Origin: a virus
Taxonomy: Duplodnaviria > Caudoviricetes
DNA: 64,000 nt
Reading direction: 5' to 3' (one strand)
IMG/VR virus record: IMGVR_UViG_3300015608_004971
Shown: piece after piece, positions 1 to 9,826 of the stretch
How the letters are laid out: each line of letters begins with the position of its first letter
Numbering within the stretch: the stretch's first letter is position 1
Position numbers and translations under genes: made by a program
The notes under the pieces: model-generated
Database searches by the model: none
What the model saw: only the letters and a program-made list of their open reading frames with translations
Told to the model about the DNA's origin: nothing

Positions 1-7
1 GATAAAG

Positions 8-490
8 ATGTCATCAAATAAATGGAATAGACCAGATTCACCACCACCTCCGTTATTTACTGGGCAAAAAGAGAGAGATTTTGCAAAGCAAATTGCTGAT
101 GAAATAATTGAAGGTGTTGTTGGCCAAACAGTCCTATATTTCCCTATTTCGCTTGAAGATACAAATTTTCATAGAATATATGGTGAAGCAATAAATAAAA
201 CATTTTTACCACCAATTCGTGTTTATGTAAGAGTTCTTTATGAAGGACAAGAGCAGCAAACAACTGATATTGGTGTTGATAAAAAATCAAAATTAAAGAT
301 ATTTTTTCATAAACGCAGATTGGCCGAGGATCAAGATCTTTATATTCGAGAAGGAGACTTTATTCAATATGGAGATAATTTTTATGAGTTAACTCAACTA
401 AATGAACCAAAGCAATTATATGGCCAAATCGATTATCGCTATGAAATAGAGGCGACAGCAATAAGATCCAGAAAAGGTGTTTTTAAATAA
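8..490 (+). CDS. Neck/head-closure protein (T4 gp14-like)
   Basis: 160 aa, 'GQTVLYFPIS...IYGEA...EGDFIQY' pattern; first gene of the neck-terminator-sheath-tube run. Confidence 0.6.
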   Translation: MSSNKWNRPDSPPPPLFTGQKERDFAKQIADEIIEGVVGQTVLYFPISLEDTNFHRIYGEAINKTFLPPIRVYVRVLYEGQEQQTTDIGVDKKSKLKIFFHKRRLAEDQDLYIREGDFIQYGDNFYELTQLNEPKQLYGQIDYRYEIEATAIRSRKGVFK

Positions 491-504
491 TATTAATGTT
501 CCTT

Positions 505-512
505 CTATTTAT
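505..512 (+). promoter_or_regulatory. Putative late promoter motif CTATTTAT
   Basis: Same octamer occurs intergenically at 2723, 35056, 38114 and 39638, ahead of virion/lysis-type genes. Confidence 0.55.
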
Positions 513-543
513 TATGTAATATTTGAAGGAAAACAAATGCTTT

Positions 544-1848
544 ATGAGTAATTATGCAAATTTAACACCAGCAAGCTCTTTATCTTCAAAAATTCTTGTT
601 TCATATGCATCTTTTTCTGATGCACAACAATTTAGTTTTCCTTACGGAATTTATTCGCAGAAATTAATAGATTCCTCTCTTGTTAATGGATTATTAAATG
701 ATCCAACATTTTTGAGCGGTGCAGCAGATCAGGTATCATATACGTTTAAGAAGCTTGGTGGTGATATTCTTGATATAGAATTAACGACTGGAAATGTTTT
801 TTCTGCATATGAAGAAGCAACACTAGAATATTCTTATTTGGTTAATCTTTATCAAGGAAAAAGTGTAATTGGTCAACTTCTAGGTCAAGCTACTGGAACA
901 TTTGATAATTCTGGACAATTAACTACTGGCTCAGATGCATCACAAAAATTTCCTGGATATTCATTGGATTATTTTTATAAAATTGGACAAGCAATATCAA
1001 ATGAATATGGATTAAATAACTCTGTCAATGAATATTCTTGTTCAATTGCTGTCGTTAATGGACAACAAGAATATGATGTTTATTCTGCAATAAGCTCTTC
1101 CGTTGCAAGCGATCCTAACGTTCCATTTGCCACAGATTTCGCAACAAATAAAAGAATAAGAATTCAAAAAGTATATTATATAACTCCAAGAGCAATTTGG
1201 AGATTTTTTGGATATTATGGCGGCCTATCAGTTGTAGGAAATATGTCAAATTATGGCCAGTATACTGATGGGTCTACCTTTGAGGTAATTCCAACTTGGT
1301 ATCACAAATTACTTCAGATGAATTTTGAAGATTCTATTAAAACAAGAACTTCTCATTATTCTTATGAAATAAACAATAATAAAATAAAGTTTTATCCACC
1401 ACCAGTAGACTTTGTTACGCCTTCAAATATGTGGTTTACATTCCGCTTTGGAAGTGGCGATCCACTAGAAGAGAATTCAAATCAAAAAAGCGGAATTAAT
1501 GGTATTAATAATATTAATTCATTACCCTTTGCTAATATTCCATATGATAAAATAAATGCAATGGGCAAACAGTGGATTAGACGATATGCTTTAGCTTTGA
1601 CAAAAGAAATGCTTGGACAAGTGCGTAATAAATTTAAAGATTCGATTCCAATTCCAGGCGATTCAGTTAGCTTAAACGGCTCAGAATTACTTTCGCAAGC
1701 AAAAGATGAAATGAAGGATTTGAGAGACGAACTTAAAGATATTCTTGAGCAAACAACTTATGATAAAATTGCTGAAAATGAACAAAAGAAAATTGAAGCA
1801 ACTGAAGCTGTTTATAGCAAAATGCCACTGCCAATAAGGGTTGCATAA
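544..1848 (+). CDS. Neck protein (T4 gp13-like)
   Basis: 'KLGGDILDIEL', 'WIRRYALALTKEMLGQVRNKF...LNGSELLSQA' C-terminal signature; ATG at 544 preferred over TTG at 523. Confidence 0.75.
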   Translation: MSNYANLTPASSLSSKILVSYASFSDAQQFSFPYGIYSQKLIDSSLVNGLLNDPTFLSGAADQVSYTFKKLGGDILDIELTTGNVFSAYEEATLEYSYLVNLYQGKSVIGQLLGQATGTFDNSGQLTTGSDASQKFPGYSLDYFYKIGQAISNEYGLNNSVNEYSCSIAVVNGQQEYDVYSAISSSVASDPNVPFATDFATNKRIRIQKVYYITPRAIWRFFGYYGGLSVVGNMSNYGQYTDGSTFEVIPTWYHKLLQMNFEDSIKTRTSHYSYEINNNKIKFYPPPVDFVTPSNMWFTFRFGSGDPLEENSNQKSGINGINNINSLPFANIPYDKINAMGKQWIRRYALALTKEMLGQVRNKFKDSIPIPGDSVSLNGSELLSQAKDEMKDLRDELKDILEQTTYDKIAENEQKKIEATEAVYSKMPLPIRVA

Positions 1849-1851
1849 TTT

Positions 1852-2703
1852 ATGAATGAAAAACAAGATAAAATAGATTTTATCGTTCCATCAACTATAG
1901 AGAATATAGATGAGGCAATTTTTAATTGGCTTGATCGAGAAATTAATTTATTTACTGATACAAATGATGGGTGGAAGAAAGTGCCTGTTTTATGGGGAAA
2001 TGCCGAACGTTCATTTATGGTGAAAAATAACCCAGATAAATCAGATCTTGAGGGCGCAATTATTTTACCAATAATTACAATTCAAAGAACATCTATGCAA
2101 AAGAATTTAGCCAATAGAAGCGTTTTTGGTGCCCATGTTTTTCCACCAAAAATTGATGTAAAAGGTGGTGTAATTCAAATAGCAAAAAGAATCCAGCCTG
2201 ATAAAACAAAAGAATTTATGAATGCTGATTCAAAATATGAAACAGGTCAAACAAATTTTCCTGGTGTCGGTAAATATGATATTCAAGGAAAACCTGCTGT
2301 TTGGGAAATATTATATTCTGCTTATCCATCCTATATTGATATTACATATACAATAAAGTTAAGAAGTGAATATTTACTTCAAATGAATGATATGGTTGCG
2401 CCTTTTATTGGAAGAACGGGCGGAATAAATTCTGTCTTATTGAAAAATAATGGCCATCAATATGAAGCTTTTTTACAAGAAGGGTTCGATCCGAAAACTA
2501 ACGCAGAAGATATGACAAACTCTGAAAGAAAATTTGAAACAGATGTTGTTATAAAAGTTCTTGGCTATATTAATGGTTCTGGAAAAAACGACGTTCAGCC
2601 AAAGATTGTTACAAGAGAGACAGCAGTAAAATTTAGATTTCAACGAGAAAGAACAATTATGGGCGATTCACCAGAAATTAAAAAAGCTTTTTATCGAAAT
2701 TAA
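1852..2703 (+). CDS. Tail terminator / sheath stabiliser (T4 gp15-like)
   Basis: 'KVPVLWG', 'LPIITIQRT', 'P.YIDITY', 'QMNDMV' motifs; lies directly before sheath gene. Confidence 0.65.
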   Translation: MNEKQDKIDFIVPSTIENIDEAIFNWLDREINLFTDTNDGWKKVPVLWGNAERSFMVKNNPDKSDLEGAIILPIITIQRTSMQKNLANRSVFGAHVFPPKIDVKGGVIQIAKRIQPDKTKEFMNADSKYETGQTNFPGVGKYDIQGKPAVWEILYSAYPSYIDITYTIKLRSEYLLQMNDMVAPFIGRTGGINSVLLKNNGHQYEAFLQEGFDPKTNAEDMTNSERKFETDVVIKVLGYINGSGKNDVQPKIVTRETAVKFRFQRERTIMGDSPEIKKAFYRN

Positions 2704-2722
2704 ATTTACAAAAATAATAGAA

Positions 2723-2730
2723 CTATTTAT
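2723..2730 (+). promoter_or_regulatory. Putative late promoter motif CTATTTAT
   Basis: Intergenic, upstream of the tail sheath RBS (AGGAG). Confidence 0.55.
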
Positions 2731-2763
2731 ATGTGAACTTTTATTAGGAGCTTGTTTAGATAA

Positions 2764-5595
2764 ATGGCTATAACAAACAAAAAATTTAAATTTGTGTCAC
2801 CAGGCGTTATCGTAAGTGAAATAGATAATTCACAATTGCCTGCCGTATCACAACCAGATGGACCAGTTATTATTGGTAGAACAGAGCGCGGCCCAGGCAT
2901 GGTTCCTGTTGAAGTAACATCTTTTTCTGATTTTATTGAGGTCTTTGGAAAACCAGTAGCAGGTAATGCTTCTGGCGATATTTGGCGTGATGGAAATTTA
3001 ACAGCACCAACTTATGCATCATATGCTGCAGAAGCGTGGCTTAAAAATAGTAATAAAGTTACTGTAATTCGTCTTCTTGGTGATCAACATGAAGAGACAA
3101 CAGAAGGTGGAAAAGCCGGATGGACAATGCCATTTGCATCATCAGGTGGCGGCGCATATGGACTGTTTCTCTTTCAATCAGGAACAGCAGCATCAAATGT
3201 AACTGGTACGCTTGCTGCTGTATTTTATTGCGGCTCAACAACAGCATTTGAATTATCTGGCGCTCTACGTCATGCTGGTACAGCTATAACCGGCACTTGT
3301 GCTCTTATAGGAAATACAAGCGGATATAGTGGCTATGAATTTACCGGTCAAATTGTTAATGGTACAACAGTATCAGATAAAACAAGCTTTAATTTTGATA
3401 GAACATCAGACAGATTTATTAGAAAAGTTTTCAATACAAATCCAATTATGACTAATGGCGATGTAATGACAACAACAAAAAATTATTGGCTTGGCGAGAC
3501 TTATGAGGAGAATCTTGCATCATTATTTGGAGCAAATCCAAATACACCATTCTTTGCGACAGTTATGGCTTTATCAAGTGGTGGTGTTGATGGTGGCGAT
3601 TTCAGAATGGGTAGCCAAAAAGCAAGCACTGGTTGGATCTTTTCTCAAGATTTAACTTCAAATACAGCAAGCTATGATCCAGATAATATGCAAAAACTAT
3701 TTCGCTTTGAGGATCTAGACTCTGGTGAATCAAATCAAAAGAAATTTAAAGTTTCGCTACAAGATATTAAACCATCACAAAATCCAACTGTTCAACCTTT
3801 TGGCACATTTACTGTCGTTATTCGGGATATTGGCGATACAGATTCTGCACCAAGAATTCTTGAAAGCTTTGTTAATTGTGATTTAAATCCAAGCTCACCA
3901 AATTATGTTGCTTTAAAAATTGGTGATAAATATAGAGAATGGAGCGATGGCGAGGCAAGATATATCGAGAAAGGCTCATATGACAATAATTCAAAATTTA
4001 TTAGAGTCGTAATGAATTCTGATGTTGATACAGGAGTTGCGGATCCAGCATGTTTACCTTTTGGTTATTATGGCCCAAAAAGATATAAGAGCTTTACAAC
4101 AATTTCAGGTTCAACCAATTTTTATCAACTTGGAAGCACAACAGTATCACAATCATCAGCTATTGTTAGAACTGTTGATGTAAAAGATACTAGAGCGAGT
4201 GGAGTATTACTAAACGTAGGAACAACTGCATTTACTGGTTCAGTTGTATTTCCAAAATTTGTATTAAGAGATTCATCGACATCAGGCTCTCTTTCAACAG
4301 GAAAAAATGCATATTTCGGTACTGTTTTTAATAAACAAACTGATTATGTTACTGTTGATAAAGGACATGTTGACTTAACAAGATGTTTGCCAACTGGTCT
4401 ATCTCATCTTTCTGATAACCCACTTCTTGAGAATAGCTTTGTATTTTCGTTAGATGATTTGGCTGGTTCAACAGGAAATCCATCAACATCTACTTCAACA
4501 ACATGGACTCAAGGCAATCGTGTTGCTGGGACATCTTTGACTGCTCAATCTGGTGCATCCGCACTGCTAAATGCAGGCTGGAATAGATTTACATTGCCTT
4601 TATTTGGCGGTTTTGATGGCTTTGATGTAACTGAAAGCGAGCCATTTAGAAATAGTGGTTTATCTGGCGGTACAGATACAACAAATTATGCATATTATTC
4701 ATTAGGAAAGGCAATTTCAATTGCATCAGATCCAATGATTAATATGAATGTTGCTGTAGTTCCAGGCATTACTGATGCCGGAATTAAAAATAGATTAATT
4801 CAACTGTGCGAAGAGAGAGGTGACGCAATCGCAATTCTTGATCCAGTTGGTGGTTTTTCACCAAGAGCGGAATCAACAGCACCAGATTTTGGCTCTATAA
4901 CAAATGTAGATACTGTTGTAAATAACACAAAGACACAAGCATATAATACATCTTATGCTGCAATGTATTATCCTTGGGTTAAATCTGTTGATTCAAGAAC
5001 TGGACAACAAGTGTGGCTCCCACCATCAATTCCAGCCTTAGGCGTTCTATCTAGCACAGATAGAAAAGCAGATCCTTGGTTTGCGCCAGCAGGATTTACT
5101 AGAGGTGGTTTATCGGCAGGCGCAGGCGGCGTTTCGGTTGTAGGTGTTGCACAACAACTTACAGCAAAAGAAAGAGATAAGCTTTATGAAATAAACATTA
5201 ATCCAATTGCACAATTTCCAGCAGAAGGAATTGTTGTGTATGGTCAAAAAACCTTGCAATTTACAAAGAGTGCTCTTGATAGAATTAATGTAAGAAGATT
5301 GCTACTGTATGCAAAGAAAGAAATTTCAAGAATTGCTGCAACCACTCTATTTAATCCAAATACTCTTGTTACTTGGAATGATTTTAAGAGTAGAGCAACA
5401 CTTGTTCTAGATAGCATCAAATCAAGATATGGACTTGAGGAGTTTTTGGTCGTTCTCGACGAATCAACAACAACACCAGATCTTGTTGATCAAAATATTA
5501 TGTATGCAAAGATCTTAATGAAACCAACAAAAGCAGCTGAATTTATTGCTGTTGACTTTGTATTAACAAACTCAGGTGCCTCATTTGAGGACTAA
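2764..5595 (+). CDS. Contractile tail sheath protein (gp18-like)
   Basis: 'SPGVIVSEID' N-terminus, 'PWFAPAGFTRG', 'RDKLYEININPI', 'GQKTLQ..SALDRINVRRLL', 'KPTKAAEFIAVDF'. Confidence 0.95.
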   Translation: MAITNKKFKFVSPGVIVSEIDNSQLPAVSQPDGPVIIGRTERGPGMVPVEVTSFSDFIEVFGKPVAGNASGDIWRDGNLTAPTYASYAAEAWLKNSNKVTVIRLLGDQHEETTEGGKAGWTMPFASSGGGAYGLFLFQSGTAASNVTGTLAAVFYCGSTTAFELSGALRHAGTAITGTCALIGNTSGYSGYEFTGQIVNGTTVSDKTSFNFDRTSDRFIRKVFNTNPIMTNGDVMTTTKNYWLGETYEENLASLFGANPNTPFFATVMALSSGGVDGGDFRMGSQKASTGWIFSQDLTSNTASYDPDNMQKLFRFEDLDSGESNQKKFKVSLQDIKPSQNPTVQPFGTFTVVIRDIGDTDSAPRILESFVNCDLNPSSPNYVALKIGDKYREWSDGEARYIEKGSYDNNSKFIRVVMNSDVDTGVADPACLPFGYYGPKRYKSFTTISGSTNFYQLGSTTVSQSSAIVRTVDVKDTRASGVLLNVGTTAFTGSVVFPKFVLRDSSTSGSLSTGKNAYFGTVFNKQTDYVTVDKGHVDLTRCLPTGLSHLSDNPLLENSFVFSLDDLAGSTGNPSTSTSTTWTQGNRVAGTSLTAQSGASALLNAGWNRFTLPLFGGFDGFDVTESEPFRNSGLSGGTDTTNYAYYSLGKAISIASDPMINMNVAVVPGITDAGIKNRLIQLCEERGDAIAILDPVGGFSPRAESTAPDFGSITNVDTVVNNTKTQAYNTSYAAMYYPWVKSVDSRTGQQVWLPPSIPALGVLSSTDRKADPWFAPAGFTRGGLSAGAGGVSVVGVAQQLTAKERDKLYEININPIAQFPAEGIVVYGQKTLQFTKSALDRINVRRLLLYAKKEISRIAATTLFNPNTLVTWNDFKSRATLVLDSIKSRYGLEEFLVVLDESTTTPDLVDQNIMYAKILMKPTKAAEFIAVDFVLTNSGASFED

Positions 5596-5617
5596 TATTA
5601 AGGAGAATTATTAAAAA

Positions 5618-6115
5618 ATGCCTAGCTTTTGGAATGACCCAAATTTAGATCCCAAACGTCAATATCGTTTTCAAGTAACATTTGGAAATGTTATTCAGCC
5701 TTATTTTGTGAAGACAACATCAAAGCCATCATTCAACGTCGGCTCAACTTCTCATGTTTATTTAACTCATACATTTAATTTTCCAACAAGAGTTACATGG
5801 AATGATATTAATATGACATTAGTTGATCCAGGCAATCCTGATGCAACAAAAGAACTAATGAATGTTATACGTTCCGCTGGATATATTGTTCCTGATAATC
5901 CTAATGTTAAAACTACAATATGTCGTAGTAAGTTTGTTAAAGCAATTGGTAATATTGTAATTTCACAGATTGATTGTGAAGGAAACGCAATTGAGACTTG
6001 GACATTAAAGAATGCATTCTTTACAACAGTTAATTTTGGTCAGCTTGCATATGCATCAGATGAAATGGTTGAAATTAGCTTGACAATCAAATATGATTTT
6101 GCTATAAAAAATTAA
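5618..6115 (+). CDS. Tail tube protein (gp19-like)
   Basis: 165 aa after sheath; 'PKRQYRF', 'W.L.NAF...V.FG.L.Y.SDE.VEI.LTI.YD'. Confidence 0.9.
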   Translation: MPSFWNDPNLDPKRQYRFQVTFGNVIQPYFVKTTSKPSFNVGSTSHVYLTHTFNFPTRVTWNDINMTLVDPGNPDATKELMNVIRSAGYIVPDNPNVKTTICRSKFVKAIGNIVISQIDCEGNAIETWTLKNAFFTTVNFGQLAYASDEMVEISLTIKYDFAIKN

Positions 6116-6127
6116 TAATGAGGTTTT

Positions 6128-6985
6128 ATGAAAAATAACGATAAGTTAACAAGAGCAGCTATGGCTTCTTCGGATCCATCTGCTCTTGCAGTTTTGGATG
6201 ATAGCACAGAATTGGCGTTTCCAACACAAACAGATTTTGTTGAGTTGCCATCACAAGGAAGATTGTATCCAGAAAATCATCCATGGCATAATAAAAAAAG
6301 TGTTGAAATAAAATATATGACAGCAAAAGAGGAAGATATTTTAACCTCTAAAACATATATTTCAAAAAATATTGTTCTTGAAAAGTTTTTAACATCAATA
6401 ATTGTAGATAAAAACGTTCCATTTGATAGCATTCTCGTTGGTGATAAAGCAGCTCTTTTGGTTGCTGCTCGCGTAACAGGATATGGCGAATTTTATTCAC
6501 CTAAAGTAAGATGCCCAGCATGTTCAGCGATTAACGAACTTGATGTCAATTTAAATGAACTTAGCAAAGTTCTTTATGAAGATGTAGAAAATCTCGATTT
6601 TGGCGAATTTAGTGACGATGGAACATATCTTATCAAAGATTTACCTGTTTCAAAATATAATGTAAATGTTAAAATTTTTAACGGTAAAGATGAGAAGTTG
6701 ATGGAATCATTGGCAGAGATGAAGAAAAAAAGAAATCTACCAGAGACGACAAATACAGATTTTCTTAAGAGCATAATAACATCAGTTAATGGCGAATCAG
6801 ACAGGATTAAAATAACAAATTTTATTAATAATTTGCCAGCCAAAGATAGTCAATACATTAGAATTGTATATGAACAAATTACGCCAAAAATTGAATTAAA
6901 AGCATCATTGACTTGCATAGATTGCCTTACAGAGTCGGACGTGGAGGTTCCGATTCGTTCAGAGTTTTTTTGGCCTAAGCGATAA
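6128..6985 (+). CDS. Baseplate hub assembly / tail chaperone (T4 gp26-like)
   Basis: 'VELPSQG..Y', 'MTAKEEDIL', CxxC pairs, C-terminal 'FFWP'; between tube and tape measure. Confidence 0.7.
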   Translation: MKNNDKLTRAAMASSDPSALAVLDDSTELAFPTQTDFVELPSQGRLYPENHPWHNKKSVEIKYMTAKEEDILTSKTYISKNIVLEKFLTSIIVDKNVPFDSILVGDKAALLVAARVTGYGEFYSPKVRCPACSAINELDVNLNELSKVLYEDVENLDFGEFSDDGTYLIKDLPVSKYNVNVKIFNGKDEKLMESLAEMKKKRNLPETTNTDFLKSIITSVNGESDRIKITNFINNLPAKDSQYIRIVYEQITPKIELKASLTCIDCLTESDVEVPIRSEFFWPKR

Positions 6986-7148
6986 TTATATTGAATCGGT
7001 CCATAAACAAATATTTCAATTAAAATATTATGGTGGCTTCTCTATACTAGAAACATATAATATGCATATTCAGTTAAGAAATTGGTACTTCAAAATGTTA
7101 TTTGATACCATAGCTGAAGAAAAGAATCCAACAAAAAATCCTTCTTAA
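6972..7148 (+). CDS. Start-less small ORF (gp51-like), probable frameshift extension of upstream chaperone
   Basis: +1 frame reads GLSDNYIESVHKQIFQLKYYGGFSILETYNMHIQLRNWYFKMLFDTIAEEKNPTKNPS*; no ATG/GTG/TTG upstream in frame; overlaps T7 run at 6965-6971. Confidence 0.65.
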   Translation, partial: GLSDNYIESVHKQIFQLKYYGGFSILETYNMHIQLRNWYFKMLFDTIAEEKNPTKNPS

Positions 7149-7202
7149 TTAATAGTTATAGTGTAATAATTATTTTATTAATTTGAAGGATTTTCTTATT
7201 TA

Positions 7203-9824
7203 ATGGCCAAAAATCAACCAGGAAGAATGTCTAATAAAGATCTTCGTGCTACAAAGCGCAAGCTCGATAATTTTGAGCAAATTAAAGAAGAACTTGGTGA
7301 TTTTAAACAAGAATTTGAAGATTTAGTTGATCAAGTTACAAAAACAGATACAATTCCAAAAAAGTCAAGAGAAGATTTAACAAAATATTTAAATGATTAT
7401 GCCTCTTTGAAAGAAAAACTTAATAATTTTTTTAATCAAGATAATGAGCAAATAAGAGGTTTTATTTCAAAATTTAAAGACGCACTATCAGATATTGATC
7501 AGAGCATTAAAAGTGCTTTGGCTAGTCGTGACGATAAAAAAGAACAAATAGCTGTTCTAAAAGAAGAAATTAAAAAAGCGATCCTATCGCAAAATAAAGC
7601 AAAAGAAGATAGTTTGCGTTCCGAGTTAAGACAAGAAAGAGAAGCACTTTCTAATCTTGAGGCAGATTATAAAGTAAAATTGAAACAAAGACACGACTAT
7701 TATTCAGAATATCAAGTCATCTTAAATCATGTCAAAAAAGTAATCGATAAATCACAAAATTCAGCAAGAATTCTAAAAACAGAATCTGATCGCTTTATCG
7801 ATCGGCACATGACAAGCATGTCGTCATTAATCAAAATAGCTGCAAATCCTCAAGATCTTGAAAATTTTTCAAATAATCTTAAGATAAAAGCAAGAAAAAG
7901 ACTTAATGAGCCTGAACTTGTTGATGCCTTTGAAACTTTTATTGATAATTCGTTAGCCAATTCTTTTTCGCAAGGTGGACAGTTTCGTGATGCTTTAATT
8001 AAATTAATTGGCTCATCAATTTTAAAAACTCTTGATAAGCATTTTACTGGTATACTGAAGGGTGGAAATTTTAATGTTCCTTTTATGGGTTCATTTCTTC
8101 CATCATTTCAAAGTGCAAGTATCGAATCTATTTTAAAAGAACGTATGCAAGGGCCAGCATCATTGTATAAAGAATACGGTAAAGATTTTGCTGATGGCGC
8201 AAACATAATGAAAGAGATAACAAAAATCTCTTATAAAGATGAAGTTAAAAATTTTGGTATAACTCAAAAAGAAATCGGTAAAGCTTTTGGCGAACTAAAT
8301 AAGCAAATGTCAGAGTTCACAAGTAAATATTCGGAACCAATGAGAGAGGAGCTTGGAAAGGCCGTTGTAATGCTTGAAAAAGCTGGCGTCGCCACAGCAA
8401 CAACCGTTAAAGCTTTCTCTACATTAACAAAAACATTTTTTGAAGAAAGAGCAATGCCTATAATTAAAAATATGGCAGCTCTTGGTAAAGCAATGAATGT
8501 GAATGATAAAGTTATTCAAGATTTAACAAGTAATTCCGGAAAACTTGCTCATCTTAATAAAGATAAATTAGAAAAATCAATTATCGATTTATCGATTGCC
8601 TCAACAAAAATGAATGTTGAAGTTTCTTCATTATTGGCTCAAATTTCTAATTTTCAAACTTTTGAAGGCGCTGCATCTGCTGCGGCAGAATTAAATATTG
8701 CATTGGGCGGCCAATTTGTTGATGGCCTTATGTTGATGAAAGATGCTATTGATGCGCCAGAAAAAGCATTATTTCGCTTAAAATCTGCTTTTGAACAATC
8801 TGGAAAATCCGTGGATTCACTCGATCCAGCACAATTAAAGTACTTTGCCTCAGCTTTCAAGCTTTCAGAAGAAGAGTTTAGACGTGTCTTTAAAGGAAGC
8901 ACAAGAGACTTATATGATTTTTCTAAGGCAATGAAAACTAAAGCAGAAAGTGAACAAAAATTTGTAACAATGATGAAAAAATCTAGAGATGTGTTTACTG
9001 AAGTTGCTAATGCTTTTTTTGGCGCTTTTAATGATGAATCTTTGGAAGCTTTAATAAGTATCACAAAAAGTTTTGGAAGTTTCATGACAATTATAGCAAA
9101 GTTTATTGATTTTTTTCCAATAATGGGCGTTGTTATAACTGCAACACTTATGAAGATAGTGTCTTCTGCCGTTCTTGCACTTTCAACAGCAAATAAGCTT
9201 GGCATACACAATGTCGGCAACATAAAAAATATAGCATCTTCAATTGCACCAACTGGCGCGGCCGGTGTTGCCTCTTTTGGCTCTAAAGTTGGTAGTTCCT
9301 TCTTAAGTCCAAAAAGTTTAATGAAAGGCGGCGCTGCTGGTGCTTTAATGGGTGGAATTTCAATGCTCGCTAAAGCTGTATCTGGTGAGCAAATAAATGG
9401 AAGCGATATTGGTTCATTTATTGGTGGTATTTTGGGCGGAATTGCTGGCACAGCTTTTGGTCCTGTTGGAACTCTTATTGGCGCTACTGCAGGAAATATG
9501 ATTGGTGGTGGAATAGGAAGTTTATTTACGGCAAAACCACCAATTGAAGATGGAATAATTGTATCCCGTGATGGTGAAACTCCACATGTAATTCCAATAA
9601 ATTCGGATGATAGTGTTCGTTTAATTGCTTCAAAGCCAAATGGACCGATTGAACAAAATTCATCAAAAGGCAATAATGATACAAAAGAACTTGAAAATTT
9701 AATGAAATTGATGATTCAAAAAATGGATGAAATATCAAAACGCCCACTTGAAATTGAGTTAGATGGCAAAAAACTTTCTGGTGCTCTTTATGATTTGAAT
9801 CGCAGAAACGCATATAATAGGTAA
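7203..9824 (+). CDS. Tape measure protein
   Basis: 873 aa helical/coiled-coil protein with Gly/Ala-rich hydrophobic C-terminal region; canonical position. Confidence 0.8.
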   Translation: MAKNQPGRMSNKDLRATKRKLDNFEQIKEELGDFKQEFEDLVDQVTKTDTIPKKSREDLTKYLNDYASLKEKLNNFFNQDNEQIRGFISKFKDALSDIDQSIKSALASRDDKKEQIAVLKEEIKKAILSQNKAKEDSLRSELRQEREALSNLEADYKVKLKQRHDYYSEYQVILNHVKKVIDKSQNSARILKTESDRFIDRHMTSMSSLIKIAANPQDLENFSNNLKIKARKRLNEPELVDAFETFIDNSLANSFSQGGQFRDALIKLIGSSILKTLDKHFTGILKGGNFNVPFMGSFLPSFQSASIESILKERMQGPASLYKEYGKDFADGANIMKEITKISYKDEVKNFGITQKEIGKAFGELNKQMSEFTSKYSEPMREELGKAVVMLEKAGVATATTVKAFSTLTKTFFEERAMPIIKNMAALGKAMNVNDKVIQDLTSNSGKLAHLNKDKLEKSIIDLSIASTKMNVEVSSLLAQISNFQTFEGAASAAAELNIALGGQFVDGLMLMKDAIDAPEKALFRLKSAFEQSGKSVDSLDPAQLKYFASAFKLSEEEFRRVFKGSTRDLYDFSKAMKTKAESEQKFVTMMKKSRDVFTEVANAFFGAFNDESLEALISITKSFGSFMTIIAKFIDFFPIMGVVITATLMKIVSSAVLALSTANKLGIHNVGNIKNIASSIAPTGAAGVASFGSKVGSSFLSPKSLMKGGAAGALMGGISMLAKAVSGEQINGSDIGSFIGGILGGIAGTAFGPVGTLIGATAGNMIGGGIGSLFTAKPPIEDGIIVSRDGETPHVIPINSDDSVRLIASKPNGPIEQNSSKGNNDTKELENLMKLMIQKMDEISKRPLEIELDGKKLSGALYDLNRRNAYNR

Positions 9825-9826
9825 AT

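Noticed and set aside
6964-6978. Classical -1 frameshift at G TTT TTT
   Set aside because: The -1 frame reads TTG GCC TAA and stops
8654-9673. 339-aa minus-strand ORF and other antisense ORFs
   Set aside because: Shadows of + strand genes with biased codons; no motifs or RBS
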